32,936 nt of DNA from an uncultured virus (IMG/VR IMGVR_UViG_3300025327_000001) (lineage: Duplodnaviria; Heunggongvirae; Uroviricota; Caudoviricetes). A model generated the notes under the pieces. That model was given only the letters and a program-made list of their open reading frames with translations, was not told the origin of the DNA and searched no databases. The stretch's first letter is position 1. Each line of letters opens with the position of its first letter. The position numbers were made by a program, and so were the translations under genes. This document shows, piece by piece, positions 17,354 through 26,322 of the stretch. The stretch is from the IMG/VR virus record IMGVR_UViG_3300025327_000001, one strand, 5' to 3'.

Positions 17354-17629
17354 TTACAGATTAAATTCCTTCACTAATCTATTGTATACATCGATATTTA
17401 CTGTGAAAAATATTTCACCATAAACATTATCTTGATAATAATTTATACTATTAATATGTAATAATATTAAGATATTAGTCAACACTGGAGTTGAAATATT
17501 CTTAATACAATATCCATGTTTTTGAGTGATATCTTTATCTCTCTCATCTTCTTTTTTACATGGACACCATAGACAATGATTTATAAAAGAATTGGTAAAC
17601 CAAAGATGATGAATCAAGTCATTTTCCAT
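17354..17629 (-). CDS. His/Cys-rich protein (family B); true start likely MENDLIHH
   Basis: HHLWF...HCLWCPC...HGYC; the longer ORF-track start overlaps the VWA gene. Confidence 0.6.
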   Translation of the reverse strand: MENDLIHHLWFTNSFINHCLWCPCKKEDERDKDITQKHGYCIKNISTPVLTNILILLHINSINYYQDNVYGEIFFTVNIDVYNRLVKEFNL

Positions 17630-18962
17630 TTCCATTTCCATTCTCCTTATATTCGATACGGATGATATCTCCAAATGGCGGATCATCTTTGGCCTGAAAG
17701 TTGCCAGCATAAATCCATAATGTCTTGAAATCCCCGATATCCTCTTCGTTTGGAAATGTACCCTGTCCATCCGTGAAATATAGAAAAGCCTTACAATTTG
17801 GTGCGTTTTCCAAGGCCCATTCAAACGCAGGACAGAAATCAGTCCCACCATATCCCTTTCTTTTTGACAGGGTTTCTAATATATCTGCGGTACTCGTCGT
17901 TGTGATTGTATGCTTAACATCAGCATCGCTTGAGATAATCGTAAAACGTACCCGATTGAAGGCCCGAGCAATGGCAAATAACTCATTGAGGAAATCAATG
18001 TAAAGAGTATCATCCACCGAACCTGAGACATCTATCGACACGATTATCTCTAATTCCTCACGTAGGATAGAAGGTAAATAAGCCCCAACTCCAGCCGATT
18101 TCTTGGAAGGCTTAGACCATGTGAAATCCTGTGGAACGGATTGCTGTATGAAACGATACAGATATCTGCGCCAATCCACTTTCTCAGGAGCTAACTTAAT
18201 ATCCACTAATTTTTCCAAAGAACCAGATAATTTACCTTGCCTATGTGCTAATTCTGCCGCATTCAATACGGCCTCATTCCATTCCTCTTTCAATTGTTTC
18301 AATTCATTTTCAAATTCCTTGACTTCCTTACCAATCTCTGAATCCTTCGAACCGCTAAATCTATCCTTATCGCTCTTAAAATCCCCTTCGCCCATAGCCT
18401 CGTTCTTTTCTTGTTCTGTTTCACCATCGGCATTTGTGAATCCACCACACCCACCGTATATTTCCAATAACTTTTGATGACTTAACAAATCCCTATAAAT
18501 CTCTTCACTTGACATTCCCTTATATTTCACAAGTTCTTTTATTCTTGATGTTATCGATTTATCACTGACATTGAATCCATTCTCCAACAGAATATCATTA
18601 ATCACCATATCCGTGGCAATATTCCAGCATTTTCTCTTTACTGTCTCAGGCTTTGCTTTGAATCTCTTATCGTGAGAAAAGGCCAGATGCATAGTTTCAT
18701 GCGCTACAACACATTCCAATTCATCATCTTTCAATGAGGCAACGAAATCATCATCATAGAACAAATGACCTTGATAATCTACACACATTGTCGGCTGAAT
18801 GCCTAATTTATTTGCTTCAGCCGTTATAGATTTTGGCATTTTTGTTAGAGACAGGCGTAAAGATAGGTATCCAAAGAACGGTTGTTTTTCCAGTAATTTC
18901 GCTCTCGCCTTCCTAACTCTTTCTTCCGGTGTGAACTTTGTAGATAATATAGACATATCCAT
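17619..18962 (-). CDS. VWA-domain protein with N-terminal HEXXH metallopeptidase-like domain (DUF2201 type)
   Basis: PFFG, HETMH, WNIATD..IN; MIDAS residues DVSGS, GGT, FTDG. Confidence 0.88.
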   Translation of the reverse strand: MDMSILSTKFTPEERVRKARAKLLEKQPFFGYLSLRLSLTKMPKSITAEANKLGIQPTMCVDYQGHLFYDDDFVASLKDDELECVVAHETMHLAFSHDKRFKAKPETVKRKCWNIATDMVINDILLENGFNVSDKSITSRIKELVKYKGMSSEEIYRDLLSHQKLLEIYGGCGGFTNADGETEQEKNEAMGEGDFKSDKDRFSGSKDSEIGKEVKEFENELKQLKEEWNEAVLNAAELAHRQGKLSGSLEKLVDIKLAPEKVDWRRYLYRFIQQSVPQDFTWSKPSKKSAGVGAYLPSILREELEIIVSIDVSGSVDDTLYIDFLNELFAIARAFNRVRFTIISSDADVKHTITTTSTADILETLSKRKGYGGTDFCPAFEWALENAPNCKAFLYFTDGQGTFPNEEDIGDFKTLWIYAGNFQAKDDPPFGDIIRIEYKENGNGNGK

Positions 18963-18977
18963 TCTCTCCTTTATTAT

Positions 18978-19017
18978 AAAAAATATAGATTGGATGAATA
19001 GGTTAACTACTCATCCA
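18978..19017 (-). terminator. 11-bp hairpin plus T-tract between the MoxR and VWA genes
   Basis: TGGATGAGTAG-TTAAC-CTATTCATCCA, with a G-U pair on the minus strand, then TTTTTT. Confidence 0.6.
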
Positions 19018-19019
19018 TT

Positions 19020-20111
19020 CTAGATATATTTCGCATATTTCAGACCTATTTCTCTATCTACCTTGACGATATCCCACATCTGTTCCCTAAATTCTGCTCC
19101 ACCAAATACCTTCAAGAGATTCAACAATAGCATACCGTATTCAGGTTCAATATCCTTGCTGAATTTCATGACTTTCTTCAACTTATCCACTTTTTTATTA
19201 TACCATTCAGACATTGCTGTAATCACAGCATACTTCTCATCGGGCTTTAGTTTGTTGAAGTCTTGGTCGCCGTTGACAATATCATCAATCTTATATTTGT
19301 TCAACGACTTGCAAAACTGCTCAAACATATGTCCAACGGCTTTCCCTACAACAGCCTTTGCAAACCATACGTCTTTCTGCCCCAAAATCAAATGAGACAG
19401 TTTTTCCCAAGAACGTGGTGTCGCAAACGCCATATCAGATTTGTTCTTCGGGTCGAATTGATTCAGTTTAGTAGGTTGCCACCCCAAAAACCCAACAATC
19501 CTGAAATCAATACTATTCGGGATTGCAAAGTTCTGTATCCATTCTTCCGTATGCTCTGGTGTCTCGGGAGCCGTCAATAGATAATGAGCATATCTATTCC
19601 CTAATGTGGCTTCCATATCAAAGACATTAACCCTATCCTCTACCCTATTCCCTGCGGCTATGACCAGCCAGCCATCCGGTAGAATGGCATTTGCTATATG
19701 CCTTCCATGCAAAAGCGGATAGAAAGACGAACGGACTAAATCAGGGGCTCTGTTAAATTCATCCAAGAAATAGATTCCCTGACCAACTCTTGGGAAATCA
19801 TCAGGGACGAGCCATTTCGTATAACCCTCTACCGGGAATGGAATCCCCTTGATATCCGAAGGGTCGAATTGTGCCGCATTGACAGTTCTGACCACAAATT
19901 TCTTCGTATGTCCAGCGAAATCCCTTGGGTCTGTCGAATATTCCCAGTTATTTTCTTTCGCAATCGTCCTTCCAGCCGCCTTTACTGCATCCGTTTTCCC
20001 AATACCCGGAGCCCCCCAAATAAACATGGGGACGCTCTTTGCACGAATCTCGTAATGGCGTCTTATTGCTTCCAATAGTTTTTCATGGTTTACTTCTAAC
20101 ACTTTACTCAC
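19020..20111 (-). CDS. MoxR-type AAA+ ATPase
   Basis: Walker A GAPGIGKT, D..G.P, Walker B FLDEFNRA, AAGN, NR arginine finger, TPRSWE; adjacent VWA gene. Confidence 0.9.
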   Translation of the reverse strand: MSKVLEVNHEKLLEAIRRHYEIRAKSVPMFIWGAPGIGKTDAVKAAGRTIAKENNWEYSTDPRDFAGHTKKFVVRTVNAAQFDPSDIKGIPFPVEGYTKWLVPDDFPRVGQGIYFLDEFNRAPDLVRSSFYPLLHGRHIANAILPDGWLVIAAGNRVEDRVNVFDMEATLGNRYAHYLLTAPETPEHTEEWIQNFAIPNSIDFRIVGFLGWQPTKLNQFDPKNKSDMAFATPRSWEKLSHLILGQKDVWFAKAVVGKAVGHMFEQFCKSLNKYKIDDIVNGDQDFNKLKPDEKYAVITAMSEWYNKKVDKLKKVMKFSKDIEPEYGMLLLNLLKVFGGAEFREQMWDIVKVDREIGLKYAKYI

Positions 20112-20916
20112 CTTTGTTCGTTTGTTCCTGTTTCGCTTTTGCCAGTATTTCCAATTGTTCTATCTGTTTCTTTGTTTCTTCCTTGAATTTATCAAAGGCA
20201 TACGGGATGAACTCCCTGATAATCTGCTCGTTCAATGATAATATCTTTTCTTTGGCATCATGATATAGAGTATAATAATCTCTTGGTTTATTTATATTCC
20301 TATGTTCATCCAAGAGATGCAAAAATTCACTAATATTGTTTTTATTATAATAAAACATAAAACTAATAATATCCTGTTCTATTATCTTAGATAGTTTATC
20401 CATTTCACTATGAATACTCTTAGATAAGAGTTTTGCCTTGTAAAATTGCTCATCATTTTCCTTTAATAATGGATTGTAGTCATCAGACATAGAATATAAA
20501 TTTCTATCTAAATGAGATACCAAATATGTATTTAACTTATAGAGACTCTCTTCAACAGATTTTTCAAAATCAATCAAATCTTTTGTTTTAAATATTATTC
20601 GAATAGATTTTCTTCTTCGATAGCTATCGTTTTCATATGGTAAGTTATTGTCTTTACATGTTTTAACAATCGCTTCACGCAATACATCAATTTGTCGTTT
20701 TTCACCGCCGCTATCTTCATCATTTATGAATGTATCCTTGAATACGAATAAACGTAATACATTCTCAGCCGTTTCCATTAAATAAATATTTTTATGACCA
20801 TCATTACAAGTACCAAATGCTGCATAATATTTCTCTACTAACATGGCCTCTACATCTGCCTTACATGACTGGCATTTACTCATTATTCGCTTATATGGCT
20901 TTCTTCCCTTTGGCAT
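20104..20916 (-). CDS. Hypothetical protein with N-terminal Zn ribbon
   Basis: CQSC...CNDGH motif followed by a helical body. Confidence 0.7.
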   Translation of the reverse strand: MPKGRKPYKRIMSKCQSCKADVEAMLVEKYYAAFGTCNDGHKNIYLMETAENVLRLFVFKDTFINDEDSGGEKRQIDVLREAIVKTCKDNNLPYENDSYRRRKSIRIIFKTKDLIDFEKSVEESLYKLNTYLVSHLDRNLYSMSDDYNPLLKENDEQFYKAKLLSKSIHSEMDKLSKIIEQDIISFMFYYNKNNISEFLHLLDEHRNINKPRDYYTLYHDAKEKILSLNEQIIREFIPYAFDKFKEETKKQIEQLEILAKAKQEQTNKGE

Positions 20917-21315
20917 TTATTGAACACCCCACTTTCTCTCAAATCTGGGATTCTTTACCCTCTTGGAATGTGGTTCCCATAATCCTAATGACATTGTTAT
21001 CTCCTTTTTTCTATTGGAATGAAGAGGACCAAAATGTCTTTCTATTTTAGAGAATGCCTCTCGCTCTTGGCCCCATAAATAATAAATAATAATAGGTTGA
21101 CAATCTTTATAACGTCCATTCCATCTTGAAGCCCGTCCAGCAAAACGTACACGCCGTATCATACCATTGATAGACTTGTTCTTCCTTATATCCGCGAATT
21201 GCATAGAGAAGTTAGTATTTTGCAACTCATCCCTGATTTCATGTACGAACAATGGACCCTTTTCAGATAAAAGGGTTAACATGAATTTACTTTTTGGGGT
21301 CATTCGTCCTACCAT
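20917..21315 (-). CDS. Basic protein, possible winged-helix DNA-binding domain
   Basis: LTLLSEKGPLFVHEIRDEL pattern; Arg/Lys rich. Confidence 0.55.
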   Translation of the reverse strand: MVGRMTPKSKFMLTLLSEKGPLFVHEIRDELQNTNFSMQFADIRKNKSINGMIRRVRFAGRASRWNGRYKDCQPIIIYYLWGQEREAFSKIERHFGPLHSNRKKEITMSLGLWEPHSKRVKNPRFERKWGVQ

Positions 21316-21319
21316 ATAA

Positions 21320-21511
21320 TCACATCGCCATATGTTTTTCCATATTGTTACAGAATAGACCGCAAGAACGACATAAGAACATAGATTCAGATTCTACAAT
21401 ATCTATGAAATCCTCATAGTCAATATCCCTGATATCAGTCTGAGATAAAGAAACAGGCGTTACATCCTCGCTGACACAATGACATTTAATATATAGTGGG
21501 ATATCAGTCAT
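21320..21511 (-). CDS. Small Zn-ribbon protein
   Basis: CHC...CRSCG motif. Confidence 0.55.
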   Translation of the reverse strand: MTDIPLYIKCHCVSEDVTPVSLSQTDIRDIDYEDFIDIVESESMFLCRSCGLFCNNMEKHMAM

Positions 21512-21839
21512 CTTGATTCTCCTTCTTCGTTTCTTCTTCTTCTAACATAGTCTTGAATTTCTCGACCGCATCATCAATACCCTCAGCCTTAATCCTCTGC
21601 GGCTCAGGTTCTACTTTGACATAGAAACCTTTGTTATCCTCCAATTCCTTATAATCTAAGATTTCAAAATATTCAATAGCCTCCGTAGAGAATATTGTAT
21701 CGGGCTCATCACATTCGGGATTCAGACATAGATATATGTCGCCATAATATTCGTGCTTCAATGTCATATCTTCCTTACATTGCAGGCATTTCATTTTAAT
21801 TTCATACCTCCAGACGTATAATTGGCAATGAACCAACAT
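21504..21839 (-). CDS. Zn-ribbon acidic protein (start probably MKCLQC)
   Basis: CLQC...CLNPEC motif; GGAGG RBS. Confidence 0.6.
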   Translation of the reverse strand: MLVHCQLYVWRYEIKMKCLQCKEDMTLKHEYYGDIYLCLNPECDEPDTIFSTEAIEYFEILDYKELEDNKGFYVKVEPEPQRIKAEGIDDAVEKFKTMLEEEETKKENQDD

Positions 21840-22063
21840 TCATCACAGAATACATTTTCTTCTTCATTCACATCTAATTCTTCCACTATTTTTTTTGTAT
21901 GTTTATATTTATAGAAAGTACAACGAGCATTAGTTAAAATATCGCAAGGTTGGTAGTCATTTAGATTTATTAGCGCAGTTTCATCTATCTTAATCAAAGC
22001 ATTAAACGACAATAAAAAGTGTTTCGTTGCCAATGTATTATTACAATGGCTACAAAAAACCAT
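21791..22063 (-). CDS. Zn-finger protein (family A); paralogue of 22400-22693
   Basis: MVFCSHC...AT.H...YQPCDI...FCDECWF motif. Confidence 0.65.
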   Translation of the reverse strand: MVFCSHCNNTLATKHFLLSFNALIKIDETALINLNDYQPCDILTNARCTFYKYKHTKKIVEELDVNEEENVFCDECWFIANYTSGGMKLK

Positions 22064-22064
22064 C

Positions 22065-22445
22065 TTATCCCTCTAAGAATACTTTCATTATGCAGTTTGC
22101 ATCTCCGCAAGTAATGACACCAAAGTCCCTCGTCAATTTAGCTAATTCCATTTCATCATCCCGATGTATTTCGTTGGTACATACATAACAATGTGCTGTG
22201 AATTGATGCCATTTATCAGGGATACCATAATCATGATAATGGACTCCTTTCATATCTTTTGGGATATCACCACAAGCAGTAAATTTAGGATGCCATGATT
22301 TTGGAAGACCCTTACCACAACTACAACCACATTGCTTATTGTGGATATAACACATAATAGGACATTGTGTATCTGTCAGATTTTTTATCAGTCCCATCAT
22401 TACCACCAATAACGTATAAAAGCAGGAAAGACACATTCTTCGCAA
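22065..22445 (-). CDS. Cys-rich hypothetical protein
   Basis: Multiple Cys clusters; start probably internal (MMGLIK). Confidence 0.55.
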   Translation of the reverse strand: MRRMCLSCFYTLLVVMMGLIKNLTDTQCPIMCYIHNKQCGCSCGKGLPKSWHPKFTACGDIPKDMKGVHYHDYGIPDKWHQFTAHCYVCTNEIHRDDEMELAKLTRDFGVITCGDANCIMKVFLEG

Positions 22446-22693
22446 TATACATGTCCTAATGCTGTAAGTCCTAAATCTTTCATAGTATTCATACTGTCAT
22501 AATATCTGCTTATCTCACATAAAAAATATGTCTGATTACTATTGTCCATGAATCTCTTGCCTTCTCTTATATTACATGGCCTATATTGATTTTTGCTCAA
22601 CTCCTTATCTTTAATGTCTCTTAATAGAATATCCAATGACCATGGAGTATGCCATTCTGCCAATGCCTTTCCGCAGTTATCACAGAGAACCAT
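22400..22693 (-). CDS. Zn-finger protein (family A); paralogue of 21791-22063
   Basis: MVLCDNC...AE.H...YRPCNI...YCEECVF motif. Confidence 0.65.
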   Translation of the reverse strand: MVLCDNCGKALAEWHTPWSLDILLRDIKDKELSKNQYRPCNIREGKRFMDNSNQTYFLCEISRYYDSMNTMKDLGLTALGHVYCEECVFPAFIRYWW

Positions 22694-23036
22694 TCTTGAA
22701 AATCCTCTTTTGATTCAAACAGAACATTTGTGTCATCGCCTTGGAAAAGGCGATATGTTTGCCAATATTCTCGTCCCATTTGTCATCTGGATGAAGTTTT
22801 GATATTCCATTAGCCCTATCAAAACACCATTCATCTTTCAAATTCTTATGTCCATATTTTAGGATACACTTTACCCATTTATGAGAGTTTACAACGAATG
22901 TAACACTCACAAGTTGTAAATCAAGACAGAAATCTGGTACAATTCCAATGGATTTCTTACCCCAATTCATTTTTCGTTCAATAACATCGCCACTCAATAC
23001 TTGTTTTTGTATCGTATTTGCGTTTGCTGTTGCCAT
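22680..23036 (-). CDS. Hypothetical phage-type protein
   Basis: G.S...P.D.W...IG..IA..KA motif typical of small phage proteins. Confidence 0.65.
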   Translation of the reverse strand: MATANANTIQKQVLSGDVIERKMNWGKKSIGIVPDFCLDLQLVSVTFVVNSHKWVKCILKYGHKNLKDEWCFDRANGISKLHPDDKWDENIGKHIAFSKAMTQMFCLNQKRIFKNGSL

Positions 23037-23245
23037 TAAATATCACGCCTTTTATAATTGTTGATATAACAATACATACGTCGTAATTCATGATTATCAT
23101 ATATCATGTCGAAATCCTCTTGGGTTATCTCATAACAACCAATATGAAATTTATCTGTAAAACGGGGTTCAGTATTATAACATGGACAAACTATGCAATG
23201 CCAATTTACATCGATATCCAGAAAGAACCAATGATGGTTTGTCAT
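23036..23245 (-). CDS. His/Cys-rich protein (family B)
   Basis: HHWFF...HCIVCPC...HIGC motif. Confidence 0.6.
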   Translation of the reverse strand: MTNHHWFFLDIDVNWHCIVCPCYNTEPRFTDKFHIGCYEITQEDFDMIYDNHELRRMYCYINNYKRRDI

Positions 23246-23246
23246 A

Positions 23247-23393
23247 TTAAATCTTATCCAAACATGGGATACATCTATATTCCGTCCTCATACAATATTT
23301 TTCAATGTATATAGAACGGAATAATTCATCTATATGTTTGAATTGCCAGCATATCCGGCAACGTATCCGTGATTCAAATGTATACTTAGTCAT
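23247..23393 (-). CDS. Small Zn-finger protein (MTKYTFESRIRCRIC...CIPCLDKI, 48 aa)
   Basis: Not in the ORF track; fills the gap. Confidence 0.55.
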   Translation of the reverse strand: MTKYTFESRIRCRICWQFKHIDELFRSIYIEKYCMRTEYRCIPCLDKI

Positions 23394-23538
23394 CTCTATC
23401 ATTCTCGTCCACATCTTGGAATCTATGAGCCATTCTACATATATGACTATTCTCCCCGTTACATATCATTTCAGGTCCATAAGAGAAAGAGGGTTTCCGG
23501 TGATTTAATAATCCACAACCACAGACACACATTGTCAT
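23386..23538 (-). CDS. Small Zn-binding protein (MTMCVCGCGLLNH..., 50 aa)
   Basis: GGAG RBS; not in the ORF track. Confidence 0.55.
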   Translation of the reverse strand: MTMCVCGCGLLNHRKPSFSYGPEMICNGENSHICRMAHRFQDVDENDRDD

Positions 23539-23539
23539 T

Positions 23540-23938
23540 TTATTTAATCTCCTTTTTGGCTGTTTTGATTTTCTCTACAAAATCCATATAATATCGAAGT
23601 CCAAATGTAATCTTAAGGCAAGTTATACCGATATCAGTATCAATATGTTCTTTATTATTACAGACATCAATATCAACGTCAATAACGGGGTATTCTTTTG
23701 TCTCTTGCATGAAGGCCCCTGTTACCAATTTCCTTAATAGAAATATATCATCAGAAGGCAACCCACAACACTTATGCATGATGATATCAAAATAATTACC
23801 ATATTGAATATATTCAAAGGAGGACTTATGTACACTAAATATAGTGGATAATATATGTTCATATGCTTTAGTCGCATCCTCGTATGGGATTTGAGACACT
23901 AGTTTATTTATTTTCTTTGTCCTTGAGCCACTTTTCAT
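23540..23938 (-). CDS. Hypothetical protein
   Basis: 132 aa; GGAG RBS. Confidence 0.6.
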   Translation of the reverse strand: MKSGSRTKKINKLVSQIPYEDATKAYEHILSTIFSVHKSSFEYIQYGNYFDIIMHKCCGLPSDDIFLLRKLVTGAFMQETKEYPVIDVDIDVCNNKEHIDTDIGITCLKITFGLRYYMDFVEKIKTAKKEIK

Positions 23939-24248
23939 ATCCGTTTCTCTCCTTGTTTATGATTTGTCTTCCATATGCCCTAACTAAAGCATGAATCTCT
24001 GAACCCATTTTTTCTTCATCATCATCATAAAGGTATTTCCTGAAACCATCATCTAATACAAAATTAGCAATAAAAATAGCGTTCTCTATACTATCCATCT
24101 TAACTTCTTTGCATTGACTATGCCAAGTATCTCTACCTGAAAATGAAGGAATTAAAACGCCATCGCCTGCTGGACAGGATAAACAATGATGAAAATTTTG
24201 AATACCTATCCAGAAGTGGTGGTGGGTATTGAATTCACTATCTTCCAT
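23904..24248 (-). CDS. His/Cys-rich protein (family B)
   Basis: HHHFW...HCLSCPA...HSQC motif. Confidence 0.6.
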   Translation of the reverse strand: MEDSEFNTHHHFWIGIQNFHHCLSCPAGDGVLIPSFSGRDTWHSQCKEVKMDSIENAIFIANFVLDDGFRKYLYDDDEEKMGSEIHALVRAYGRQIINKERNGYEKWLKDKENK

Positions 24249-24487
24249 ATTATATTCCCCTGCTGGTGAACTCTTGCTGGCAAGAATCTATCCACTTTGA
24301 TACCTAATATATCTTTCTTTTTATTTAGGATTGTTGTAAGTCCACGGACAGAATACTGGAAATATGTATAATTCTCCCGTAGCCAATCTGTCATTTCAGC
24401 CACGGTGAATGTATCACGATGAGCCGAGATATATCTTATATATTTCTGGCAGATTTCTACGCGAGAGGGACTACCCATATTTATCAT
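24206..24487 (-). CDS. Possible winged-helix DNA-binding protein
   Basis: FTVAEM..WL...SVRGL..IL...W pattern. Confidence 0.5.
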   Translation of the reverse strand: MINMGSPSRVEICQKYIRYISAHRDTFTVAEMTDWLRENYTYFQYSVRGLTTILNKKKDILGIKVDRFLPARVHQQGNIIWKIVNSIPTTTSG

Positions 24488-24872
24488 CTGTTTTTTTAAG
24501 AAGAGAATTTAATACATCATTCCATGACATCGACTTCAACTCAATAGGTGGTTTTGTCGGTTCTTGATAATAGGGATTTTCAACATCATAGTTATCCCCG
24601 CATTTTGGGCATATCAGTAAATCTATATCAGGAACAGTATCCTTGGCTTCCCTCAGCCATTTATCTTTATTTAAACCATCCCAATAATCATCATCGAATT
24701 CAGGATCAATCGTAACCATATATTCTCCATCATGTAGTTTATCTGGAATGACCCTAAACAACATATCCTCCAACAGAGTATCCCCAAACCAATAACCATC
24801 AATCCACGCATATTCTAATTCCCCATGTCTAACACATTTGATTATCGTCATCAATATCCAAACTCCTTCCAT
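24471..24872 (-). CDS. Acidic hypothetical protein with Zn knuckles
   Basis: CVRH...CPKCG motif. Confidence 0.65.
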   Translation of the reverse strand: MEGVWILMTIIKCVRHGELEYAWIDGYWFGDTLLEDMLFRVIPDKLHDGEYMVTIDPEFDDDYWDGLNKDKWLREAKDTVPDIDLLICPKCGDNYDVENPYYQEPTKPPIELKSMSWNDVLNSLLKKTDDKYG

Positions 24873-25081
24873 TGTGCTTTATCGAGCATATATTTTGGCG
24901 GGCGTTTCCTAATCCACATTTGCTTCTCGTCTATTACATCCTGAGTTTGTGAACGCTTTACTTCGATATGATAACAATGAGCGCACCATCCTTTCTGCGT
25001 ATCATCCTCTACGAAGATAGGAATCTCGTAAACCTTTTTATCACAGTTTATACAAGTAAATTCAATTTTGAGATTCTTCAT
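24851..25081 (-). CDS. Small Zn-finger protein
   Basis: CINC...CAHC motif. Confidence 0.6.
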   Translation of the reverse strand: MKNLKIEFTCINCDKKVYEIPIFVEDDTQKGWCAHCYHIEVKRSQTQDVIDEKQMWIRKRPPKYMLDKAQWKEFGY

Positions 25082-25086
25082 TTATT

Positions 25087-25377
25087 TTACTCTCCAAGAA
25101 CCTCTGTCTCATATTTTGAGTATAGTACACCATTTTCTATGAGTTTATTCCATTCATACAATGAATGTATCTTAGTGCCCATTATAAACATAAGAATAAG
25201 CAGATATATATTTGGATAGTTGATATTAAATATAACAGTGAATATCAATGCAACAGCCGACCATATCACAAAATACATGAATATCACTAAATTCCATTGA
25301 ACAAATGAAAAACAATAAAGAATGAAATGAATGTATTTTTTATTTATTAATACCAATGAAACCACCACCACTCCCAT
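25087..25377 (-). CDS. Small membrane protein (start uncertain)
   Basis: Hydrophobic stretches. Confidence 0.45.
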   Translation of the reverse strand: MGVVVVSLVLINKKYIHFILYCFSFVQWNLVIFMYFVIWSAVALIFTVIFNINYPNIYLLILMFIMGTKIHSLYEWNKLIENGVLYSKYETEVLGE

Positions 25378-25478
25378 TCTCTAAGAATATGAAGGGCGCA
25401 CCAAAAGTAACCCCGATAGTCAACGTGGCAGAATGGACAATGCCCCCTAAATGTTCCGCATCGCTTACATTTATGCAT
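25347..25478 (-). CDS. Small Cys/Trp-rich peptide (MHKCKRCG...WEWWWFHWY, 43 aa)
   Basis: GAGG RBS; starts 1 nt after the SLOG stop; not in the ORF track. Confidence 0.5.
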   Translation of the reverse strand: MHKCKRCGTFRGHCPFCHVDYRGYFWCALHILREWEWWWFHWY

Positions 25479-25901
25479 CTATTCAACCTCTATCAAATGT
25501 ATCTCTTTCCCCAATTGTTTAGCATATTCCATAGTCCATGTTCCACCGGACCTTTTGCCCTTGGGTTCTATATCATAAAGAATATCAGATTCAGCGATTT
25601 TCATATTGCGTGTCTTATATCCAATCTTACCATCCTTATCAAGCCATTGTCTTACTTCTGGTGAATGAATTTGCATTATAATCCCATGATAGCCAATCAA
25701 ATTGTAAATCTTGACAATATCTTCAACCCAAATATCCACACCGCCATAAGGACAATGGCCAGATACAATGATTAAATCCTCTTCGTATTTATGCCATGCA
25801 TCCATGATAATCTGCCGAATAATATCCTTAGCAACGAACTTCTGTTCGGGCTCCCATTTATTCTCTTGGGAGCCTACGATAGATATTTTCATAAGTATCA
25901 A
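25479..25901 (-). CDS. SLOG-superfamily (YspA/DUF2493-like) nucleotide-binding protein
   Basis: ISIVGS, IVSG...GGVD, RN..I...D, SGGT..T...A...GK motifs. Confidence 0.75.
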   Translation of the reverse strand: MILMKISIVGSQENKWEPEQKFVAKDIIRQIIMDAWHKYEEDLIIVSGHCPYGGVDIWVEDIVKIYNLIGYHGIIMQIHSPEVRQWLDKDGKIGYKTRNMKIAESDILYDIEPKGKRSGGTWTMEYAKQLGKEIHLIEVE

Positions 25902-26038
25902 TAATGTCCATTGTTATACTGTCGTTCCAATGAATGACAGCGGGGGCAGAAATCCCCGCTATATTCAATTCCATTGGACGTTTTGTATGTCCTGTTTCTC
26001 GTATACACATTGTCCGTGCCACACATTTCACAAATCAT
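25898..26038 (-). CDS. Small Zn-ribbon protein (MICEMCG...FCPRCH, 46 aa)
   Basis: GGTG RBS; two CxxC motifs; not in the ORF track. Confidence 0.6.
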   Translation of the reverse strand: MICEMCGTDNVYTRNRTYKTSNGIEYSGDFCPRCHSLERQYNNGHY

Positions 26039-26046
26039 GGATACAC

Positions 26047-26322
26047 CTACATTTCATCTACAATCTTCATGATAACAAATATGATGAAAAGCATAATAGG
26101 GACGCCAATTATCATAGTTAGAATATATGCCATCGTCGGGTCATGATACCATTCCCAATCCCACCAATGGCCAGCAAAAAAGGCCGTCCATCCATCCACA
26201 TTCATCAATTCTGGGCGTACTGCAATATTGGCATAAGCTTGTATTTTACCCCATAATGTAAATAAATGAGAGACACCAACTGATATTATCAATGAACCAA
26301 CTGTTCTTATGATGGATTTCAT
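26047..26322 (-). CDS. Small membrane protein (2 TM)
   Basis: Hydrophobic N- and C-terminal helices. Confidence 0.65.
   Translation of the reverse strand: MKSIIRTVGSLIISVGVSHLFTLWGKIQAYANIAVRPELMNVDGWTAFFAGHWWDWEWYHDPTMAYILTMIIGVPIMLFIIFVIMKIVDEM

Noticed and set aside
17622..17642. ATGGAA x3 microrepeat
   Set aside because: Only three units, explained by overlapping coding (NGNGK / MEMEMEN)
17630..17851. N-terminal extension of the 165-aa ORF
   Set aside because: It overlaps the VWA C-terminus in another frame; the family B motif begins at MENDLIHH
25939..25960. AGCGGGG/CCCCGCT hairpin as a terminator
   Set aside because: It lies inside the unannotated Zn-ribbon ORF 25898-26038 (codons SGDFCPR) and has no T-tract
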